This document shows, one piece after another, positions 6,192 to 11,244 of a stretch of 11,244 nt of DNA. Below the pieces are notes generated by a model. It made no database searches and was not told the DNA's origin. It was given only the letters and a program-made list of their open reading frames with translations. A program made the position numbers and the translations under genes. This DNA comes from a virus. The stretch lies in UHGV virus genome UHGV-0101776. One strand, 5' to 3'. Each line of letters opens with the position of its first letter. The stretch's first letter is position 1.

Positions 6192-6237
6192 GCTCTTTAA
6201 ACAACGTCGAACACTCGACTACGTGGCTGAAAAGCCA
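6192..6237 (+). promoter_or_regulatory. nutL-like site (boxA plus boxB hairpin)
   Basis: boxA-like GCTCTTTAA at 6192-6200 and, about 23 nt downstream, the hairpin UGGCU-GAAA-AGCCA (6224-6237). The architecture and boxA-boxB spacing match the nutR candidate. Confidence 0.55.
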
Positions 6238-6260
6238 GATCACCCAACCACATAAGCTGT

Positions 6261-6313
6261 GGGATGCAATGCCGAAGCAACTCTCTCAGGAGTAGCTTCG
6301 GGATTGCATCGCC
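6261..6313 (+). promoter_or_regulatory. Long imperfect hairpin in the N leader (candidate RNase III processing or translation-control element)
   Basis: Arms gggatgcaatgccgaagc (6261-6278) and gcttcgggattgcatcgcc (6295-6313) pair over about 17 bp with one mismatch and one bulge, enclosing a 16-nt loop. Located between nutL and the N SD (GGGAGG at 6325-6330). Confidence 0.45.
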
Positions 6314-6335
6314 AGAGTTTATTCGGGAGGAATCC

Positions 6336-6608
6336 ATGTCCAGAAAAACAGAATTTAAAGGAACCGCAGCTTCTCGCCGTAGAGAGCGTCGCGCAAATCT
6401 GCAAAGTCAGGAGGCGATCAGCTCCGACAAGCTACACAGGCCAACCCCTTCACGAGTGGTCTTGCAATGCAAGCGCAAACCAGCAATGAGAGCAGAAGTG
6501 ATAACTCTGACAACGTTGACCAGAAAATATGAAGGTTCAACTTGTCTTCCGAACGTAGCTCTTTACGCGGCAGGCTACCGGAAATCAAAACAACTGACGG
6601 CGAGATGA
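6336..6608 (+). CDS. N: N-like transcription antitermination protein
   Basis: 90 aa. N-terminal arginine-rich motif ASRRRERRANLQ, matching the RRRERRA of the lambda N ARM. Positioned downstream of PL/nutL with a leader of about 185 nt. The ORF-track frame 6264..6608 extends upstream; the ATG at 6336 has the SD. Confidence 0.7.
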   Translation: MSRKTEFKGTAASRRRERRANLQSQEAISSDKLHRPTPSRVVLQCKRKPAMRAEVITLTTLTRKYEGSTCLPNVALYAAGYRKSKQLTAR

Positions 6609-6624
6609 TAAATTCATTTGCTAA

Positions 6625-7206
6625 TTACTTGTTTTTGCCATGCTTATCCTGAGCGATAAGTTCATCCATAAGGCTGTCTGCCTTCCCGGCAAACCGAATG
6701 TAGCACTCATTTCTATAGCGTTCCGGGATAACAAAACGGTCGATTTCAGGATATCCAGTAGCAGAAGGTATCCGAATAAGAAGCCCTTTTTCGAGCAATG
6801 AGATTGCTTCAGGGCTTCCCTTTTCTGTCTTTAGCTGGTTATTCGCGGCTACAGCGAATGCCAAATACGCTCTTTCTCCAAGAGTTAACGAATCAAACAA
6901 ATCTTGCACATATTTTTCTTCTTTAGATTTGCGCTTCTGAGCAGCGGATACCTCAATTCTTTCAGTCACAGCGTGATAAGCGGAATTAACAACACCGTTA
7001 AGCACATAGCTAACGCAGAACAACAGGATGTAATACATCCAATAATAAGGAAGGATTTCTGGATTATGCAGGTTTATCCATTCTTTTACGCTTACCGGCA
7101 TAACAATAATCAATATGATCAGGATGATTAGCATATGAATCAACTGTTTAAGTGTCATTCCTTGCAGGAAAAAATGCATTAGTTCCTGCCACCATGAGTT
7201 GTTCAT
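6625..7206 (-). CDS. sieB: Superinfection exclusion protein B (SieB-like) membrane protein
   Basis: 193 aa with two N-terminal hydrophobic helices (LIHMLIILIILIIVMPV, YYWMYYILLFCVSYVL). Transcribed opposite to N, in the same relative position as lambda sieB. Identity is from recollection of the family. Confidence 0.65.
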   Translation of the reverse strand: MNNSWWQELMHFFLQGMTLKQLIHMLIILIILIIVMPVSVKEWINLHNPEILPYYWMYYILLFCVSYVLNGVVNSAYHAVTERIEVSAAQKRKSKEEKYVQDLFDSLTLGERAYLAFAVAANNQLKTEKGSPEAISLLEKGLLIRIPSATGYPEIDRFVIPERYRNECYIRFAGKADSLMDELIAQDKHGKNK

Positions 7207-7349
7207 CGGCGTTTCTCTTTTGCTCTCTGTAGGGGTGAATAGAGTTTATCCGATTTCTCGCTGTAGGGGTACACGAGAACCACCGAGCCTGATGTGGTTA
7301 AAAGACAGGCACAATCTTTACTACCGCAATCCACTATTTAAGGTGATAT

Positions 7350-7436
7350 ATGGAAGAAGAATTTGAAGAGTTCGAAGAGCATCCTCAGGATGTGATGGAA
7401 CAATACCAGGACTATCCGTATGACTACGACTATTGA
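7350..7436 (+). CDS. Small acidic ORF (28 aa)
   Basis: Product MEEEFEEFEEHPQDVMEQYQDYPYDYDY. SD-like AAGGTGA 6 nt upstream. Overlaps the ral start by 17 nt. Possibly equivalent to the small ORF annotated near ral in lambda (uncertain). Confidence 0.4.
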   Translation: MEEEFEEFEEHPQDVMEQYQDYPYDYDY

Positions 7437-7620
7437 TAAAAATCAATGGTGTGGACAATTCAAGCGATGCAATGGATGCAAGCTGCAATCGGAATGCATG
7501 GTTAAGCCTGAAGAAATGTTTCCTGTAATGGAAGATGGGAAATATGTCGATAAATGGGCAATACGAACGACGGCAATGATTGCCAGAGAACTTGGTAAAC
7601 AGAACAACAAGGCTGCCTAA
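7420..7620 (+). CDS. ral: Ral-like restriction alleviation protein
   Basis: 66 aa, MTTTIDKNQWCGQFKRCNGCKLQSECMVKPEEMFPVMEDGKYVDKWAIRTTAMIARELGKQNNKAA. Matches my recollection of lambda Ral in length and sequence. Sits in the PL operon between N/sieB and cIII. Confidence 0.6.
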   Translation: MTTTIDKNQWCGQFKRCNGCKLQSECMVKPEEMFPVMEDGKYVDKWAIRTTAMIARELGKQNNKAA

Positions 7621-7756
7621 TGGTGGCCTTTATTTTTGGCATAAACAACAGAATAAACACTGCACTGTGTATTCATTCCAACGAGTGAATACACGGAGCA
7701 ATGTCGCTCGTAACTAAACAGGAGCCGACTTGTTCTGATTATTGGAAATCTTCTTT

Positions 7757-7782
7757 GCCCTCCAATGTGAGGGCTTTTTTAT
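7757..7782 (+). terminator. Rho-independent terminator between ral and cIII
   Basis: Hairpin gccctc-caatgt-gagggc followed by ttttttat. Genes downstream would need N-mediated antitermination. Confidence 0.7.
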
Positions 7783-7842
7783 ATGCATACCAATAACGCT
7801 TCATTCGAGGCGTTTTCGTTATGTATAAATAAGGAGCACACC

Positions 7843-7983
7843 ATGCAATATGCCATTGCAGGGTGGCCTGTTGCTGGCTGCCCTTCCGAATCTTTACTTG
7901 AACGAATCACACGTAAATTACGTGATGGATGGAAACGCCTTATCGACATACTTAATCAGCCAGGAGTTCCCAAAAATGGATAA
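7843..7983 (+). CDS. cIII: CIII (inhibitor of FtsH-mediated CII degradation)
   Basis: 46 aa, MQYAIAGWPVAGCPSESLLERITRKLRDGWKRLIDILNQPGVPKNG. Essentially identical to my recollection of lambda CIII over this length, but lacking the last 8 residues. AAGGAG SD 6 nt upstream. The ORF-track ORF 7783..7983 includes a spurious N-terminal extension. Confidence 0.85.
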   Translation: MQYAIAGWPVAGCPSESLLERITRKLRDGWKRLIDILNQPGVPKNG

Positions 7984-8089
7984 AACACTTATGGCTATCC
8001 AGACTAAATTCACTATCGCCACTTTTATTGGCGATGAAAAGATGTTTCGTGAAGCCGTAGAAGCCTACAGAAAATGGAGGTCAAAATGA
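7976..8089 (+). CDS. Small protein overlapping the cIII 3' end, Kil-like by position
   Basis: 37 aa, MDKTLMAIQTKFTIATFIGDEKMFREAVEAYRKWRSK. The start overlaps the cIII stop, as lambda kil does. The sequence resembles my uncertain recollection of the lambda Kil N-terminus. Confidence 0.4.
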   Translation: MDKTLMAIQTKFTIATFIGDEKMFREAVEAYRKWRSK

Positions 8090-8274
8090 TTCCGGTAGAA
8101 CTGGCGAAAACTCCAGAGTTAAGTCGATTAAAAAGAGAATATCACATTGCTGAGGCTCGTTACTGGCGTAAAGCGGGAGATAAATCAAAGAAACAACTTT
8201 GTTTATGGCAGGCGCAAAGAGAGCGCATGAATGAGCGCGAATTTCTTTCCTGCCCATCCGAATTACCATTCTGA
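8086..8274 (+). CDS. Hypothetical protein (62 aa)
   Basis: ORF-track ORF 8074..8274. The ATG at 8086 is preceded by GGAGG; the alternative start at 8074 has no SD. No recognisable motif. Confidence 0.45.
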   Translation: MIPVELAKTPELSRLKREYHIAEARYWRKAGDKSKKQLCLWQAQRERMNEREFLSCPSELPF

Positions 8275-8282
8275 GGCAAATT

Positions 8283-8963
8283 ATGGGAACTGCGACATTA
8301 ATACTCGGTGAATCTGGCACCGGAAAATCAACCAGCATGAGAAATATCAATCCAGAGGAAGCAATACTTATAAAACCAATAGGCAAGCCGCTACCATTTA
8401 AATCAAAAGACTGGCTTGCATGGGATGCCAGAGCAAAAAAAGGAACCGTAGTTACCACTGACAAATGGGACGTAATAGTTGCTGCAATTAAGCGTGCTCA
8501 CGAATACGGAAAAAGAATCGTTATTGTTGATGACTTCCAGTATGTGATGAGCAATGAGTTTATGCGCCGCTCAGAAGAAAAATCGTTTGATAAATTTACT
8601 GAGATAGGCCGCCACGCATGGGAGGTGATTAAGGCTGCACAGGATGCACCTGATGACCTGAGAGTCTATTTTCTTGCACATACCGAAGAAACCCCTATGG
8701 GGCGCGTGAAAATGAAAACTATCGGCAAAATGCTGGACGAGAAAATCACTGTCGAAGGCATGTTTACTATAGTTCTTCGCACTCTTACCCGCGATGACCA
8801 GTTCTTTTTCACCACGAAAAACAACGGTGCAGACACTGTCAAATCCCCAATGGGAATGTTTGATTCCAATGAGATTGATAACGATCTCTCTTTCGTCGAT
8901 GCCACTGTTTGTGATTACTACGGCATCAATAATGTTCATCAAATTAAGGAAAACGCCGCATGA
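8283..8963 (+). CDS. P-loop NTPase, possibly a Sak4-like core-only RecA-type recombination ATPase
   Basis: 226 aa. Walker A GESGTGKST at residues 9-17 and Walker B-like RIVIVDDFQ. Size and motif layout are typical of phage AAA_24/Sak4-type ATPases. GAGG SD upstream. Confidence 0.75.
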   Translation: MGTATLILGESGTGKSTSMRNINPEEAILIKPIGKPLPFKSKDWLAWDARAKKGTVVTTDKWDVIVAAIKRAHEYGKRIVIVDDFQYVMSNEFMRRSEEKSFDKFTEIGRHAWEVIKAAQDAPDDLRVYFLAHTEETPMGRVKMKTIGKMLDEKITVEGMFTIVLRTLTRDDQFFFTTKNNGADTVKSPMGMFDSNEIDNDLSFVDATVCDYYGINNVHQIKENAA

Positions 8964-9547
8964 GCAACGTGATTTTTACTTATAACGAAGAAGCAGCACT
9001 GACCGCAGGGCAAGGTGGTTTTATTAACGAAACTGGCGCCCATATCATTACCATTACTGAAGCAGAACTAAAGCAATCAGAAAAAGGAGCCAAATTTATT
9101 GAGTTTTCTGGAGAATCCGACGACGGCCGTAAAATCCAATATCTTAGCGTCTGTGTTCAGAAAAATGACGGAACGGAAAACAAATTTGGCGCAAATGTCG
9201 TTCACGCCATGATGGGGTGTGCCGGGATTGGACAATTAACGCAGCATATGGTTTCCGCCAGTAAATTTGTTGCACCTGAATTTCATGGAAAGAAAATCGG
9301 GTTAGTGCTCCAGAAAGTATTAACCACAAACAAAAAGACTGGCGCAGACAGCTACCAGATGGAAATACGCATCCCGTTTATTGCACAAACAGGTCAAACC
9401 CTTAAAGAAAAGGCAGAAGGCAAGCAACCAGAAACTATCGCCGACATGGTTGCCAGCCTCAAAGATAAAGACAATCGCTCTAAAAACGTAAGCCAGAATC
9501 ATGCAGATGATTATGGTTACAGCCAGAACGATTACCCTGCTTTCTGA
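8960..9547 (+). CDS. Hypothetical protein, possibly the ssDNA-binding partner of the ATPase
   Basis: 195 aa. Start overlaps the ATPase stop (ATGA). C-terminal acidic/aromatic tail ...HADDYGYSQNDYPAF resembles SSB-type partner-interaction tails. Assignment is by inference only. Confidence 0.6.
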   Translation: MSNVIFTYNEEAALTAGQGGFINETGAHIITITEAELKQSEKGAKFIEFSGESDDGRKIQYLSVCVQKNDGTENKFGANVVHAMMGCAGIGQLTQHMVSASKFVAPEFHGKKIGLVLQKVLTTNKKTGADSYQMEIRIPFIAQTGQTLKEKAEGKQPETIADMVASLKDKDNRSKNVSQNHADDYGYSQNDYPAF

Positions 9548-9570
9548 TTACTGAAAATAAGGCTCCCATT

Positions 9571-9867
9571 ATGCCAGCGCCTCTGTATGGTGCGGATGAC
9601 CCGCGCAACTGCTCCGGTAGCTCCAAGGCGGAGGTGCTGGAGAATATCAAAAACAATTTCGACGCGTTTCTTGCTCTGACACCAGAAACAAAAGCAGAAC
9701 GGATGTACCGACGCGATATACAACTCGCGCTAAAACAGGAGAAGGACCGAACAAACGAAACAGCAATGAGACCGTTGCGAAAAGCGACAATAGACAAATT
9801 CCCTGAATATATCGACCCGCGCCTGCGTAATTACCGCTCACGCTATGGCGCTATCAGTAATGACTGA
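9571..9867 (+). CDS. Hypothetical protein (98 aa)
   Basis: Intact ORF co-oriented in the PL operon. AAGG upstream of the ATG. No recognisable motif. Confidence 0.5.
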   Translation: MPAPLYGADDPRNCSGSSKAEVLENIKNNFDAFLALTPETKAERMYRRDIQLALKQEKDRTNETAMRPLRKATIDKFPEYIDPRLRNYRSRYGAISND

Positions 9868-9877
9868 GGAATTTACC

Positions 9878-10042
9878 ATGAGAGGACTTGCATACAATCC
9901 CGGCATTCTTCCGGCAGAAATGATTATTCGCCAACGCGTAAAGCCAATGCCATCGAGAGAGGAATTGCTTAAGAGAAATTCTTTTCCGTCAGTGAATCAA
10001 AACAAATATCTGAATGCGATGTTGCGGAGTGGGAAGAAATGA
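9878..10042 (+). CDS. Hypothetical small protein (54 aa)
   Basis: ATG at 9878 preceded by GAGGA (spacing 7). The ORF-track ORF 9845..10042 starts upstream without an SD. Stop overlaps the next start (ATGA). Confidence 0.4.
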   Translation: MRGLAYNPGILPAEMIIRQRVKPMPSREELLKRNSFPSVNQNKYLNAMLRSGKK

Positions 10043-10578
10043 AACAAATGTCACTAATTGAGATGGATGGATTCCTGAAAGGTAAATGCATCCCAAGCGA
10101 TTTAAAGGTTAACGAAACAAACGCTGAATATCTGGTGCGTAAATTTGCTGAAGCGGAGGCCAAGTGCGCGGCGCTGGCGGCGGAGAGTGCGCTGGCTCGT
10201 AAGGCAGTTCAGGCATTCTGCGATGTTGTTGGCGACAACACCGAGGTTATCTGTGAGGCGGTTGGGAGAGATGGCGTTCTGGTTATTTTGGAGGCCATGA
10301 AGGCAACAGGAAATATGCCAGCCACCGATGCTTTCCTGGCTGAAGTGAAGACTGAAGCACGCAAGGAGGGCGCTTACTTTGTGGCGAACAGAATGCTGGC
10401 TGCCTGGGAAGCTGGTTTTATTGATGATACTGCGAAGAACGCCGCGGATATTGCCCGGATGATTCTTACCTCTACTGAGTTTATGGCTAATGCGCCGGAA
10501 GGCGATTTTGACCGCTCATTCTCTGATGGCGTTCTCGAAGATATCGCCGCCCAGCTTCGCAAAGGAGGCAACCAGTGA
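10039..10578 (+). CDS. Hypothetical protein (179 aa)
   Basis: Intact ORF whose start overlaps the previous stop. Ala-rich, with a predicted helical N-terminal region. No recognisable motif. Confidence 0.6.
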   Translation: MKQMSLIEMDGFLKGKCIPSDLKVNETNAEYLVRKFAEAEAKCAALAAESALARKAVQAFCDVVGDNTEVICEAVGRDGVLVILEAMKATGNMPATDAFLAEVKTEARKEGAYFVANRMLAAWEAGFIDDTAKNAADIARMILTSTEFMANAPEGDFDRSFSDGVLEDIAAQLRKGGNQ

Positions 10579-11244
10579 GCAACATTAACTATCAGGTACT
10601 GCGTGAGGCGGCAGAGAAAGCAACTAAAGGAAGCTACATCGTAGGGCATACATCTGTTAACCAGCACGGCAATTTAACAGGAGTTTTTGTTTGCCAAAAA
10701 TGGAAAGGAGAACCCGGTGGCGTGATTGCAGAATGTCATGTTAACTGCCTGATTGAAACAGATGCTCAGGCTTATGCAAACGCTGAATTCATAGCAGAGG
10801 CTAACCCGGCTACCGTGCTGGCACTACTGGATGAACGGGAAAGAAACCAGCAATACATCAAATCCCGCAACCAGGAGAACGAGGATATTGCGCTAACGGT
10901 AGGGAAGCTGCGCGTTGAGCTGGAAGGCAAAGACAGCAAAATAGCCAATCTTACCGCCGAACGCGATGCTCTTCGTGAAGGTGAGATGGGCGACGCTAGG
11001 CATAGCAACACACGGGCCGCAGCTGATATCTACTTCCAACTGGTCGAGGAGTGCGAAATTCCTGCTGGCGGTTCTCTGGTCGAGTACGTTGACGATATGC
11101 GCGAGAAGCTGGAAGCCGCAGAGAGGCGCATAGCAGAACTGGAAGCACGGGAAATAAAACCAGCCAAAGGCGAAGTTCTTGTCGTTGTATCTGGTTTTAC
11201 TGGTTGCGGAAAAAGCGCCATTGCCGGGGAAATAGAAATCGCGA
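10575..11244 (+). CDS. Ead/Ea22-like protein, 5' partial (runs off the window end), GTG start
   Basis: GTG at 10575 overlaps the upstream TGA (GTGA) and is preceded by AGGAGG (spacing 6). The frame is open to the end of the window, so the ORF track (apparently ATG/TTG starts only) missed it. The translation [28 protein letters not shown]... continues into a coiled-coil-like region, recalling Ead/Ea22-family prophage proteins. Confidence 0.5.
   Translation, partial: MSNINYQVLREAAEKATKGSYIVGHTSVNQHGNLTGVFVCQKWKGEPGGVIAECHVNCLIETDAQAYANAEFIAEANPATVLALLDERERNQQYIKSRNQENEDIALTVGKLRVELEGKDSKIANLTAERDALREGEMGDARHSNTRAAADIYFQLVEECEIPAGGSLVEYVDDMREKLEAAERRIAELEAREIKPAKGEVLVVVSGFTGCGKSAIAGEIEIA

Noticed and set aside
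6259-6489. Plus-strand ORF 6259..6489 and the 5' extension of ORF 6264..6608
   Set aside because: These start inside the structured N leader without an SD. The N-like gene most plausibly starts at the ATG at 6336, which has GGGAGG upstream.
6904-7131. Plus-strand ORF 6904..7131 (75 aa)
   Set aside because: Antisense to sieB; the product is low-complexity.
8081-8942. Minus-strand ORFs 8081..8464, 8571..8942 and 8666..8905
   Set aside because: Antisense to the co-oriented, translationally coupled plus-strand genes including the Walker-motif ATPase; no SD.
9144-10667. Minus-strand ORFs 9144..9329, 9320..9502, 9480..9797, 9532..9723, 9647..9841, 9969..10163 and 10374..10667
   Set aside because: Overlapping antisense frames inside the plus-strand operon, with no ribosome-binding sites and mutually exclusive frames.
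10772-11221. Minus-strand ORFs 10772..11011 and 11030..11221
   Set aside because: Ser/Ala-rich low-complexity translations antisense to the Ead/Ea22-like gene; typical shadow ORFs.
1-11244. Integrase, attachment site, tRNA or insertion sequence
   Set aside because: No integrase-like ORF, tRNA-like structure or terminal inverted repeats were recognised. The window appears to lie wholly within the phage early region.

Overview
This window reads as the early/immunity region of a lambdoid temperate phage or prophage from an enterobacterial host, in mosaic form. A bidirectional control region (OR, 3944-4056) separates a minus-strand operon from a plus-strand cI gene. The minus-strand operon runs cro-like, nutR, cII, a small basic ORF, an O-like initiator with in-gene origin iterons, a DnaB-family helicase and an AT-rich HNH homing-endonuclease moron. 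Downstream of cI on the plus strand are an AT-rich two-gene cassette in the slot that rexA/rexB occupy in lambda, a terminator, OL/PL, nutL, a structured leader and an N-like antiterminator. The PL operon continues with a small acidic ORF, ral-like, a terminator, cIII, a Kil-like ORF, a P-loop ATPase, an SSB-like protein and an Ead/Ea22-like gene running off the end; sieB-like lies on the opposite strand. The most interesting element is the uncharacterised two-gene cassette between cI and OL (4885-5888), a candidate superinfection-exclusion or abortive-infection module. All calls come from reading the sequence and translations and from recalled family signatures; no database search was run.
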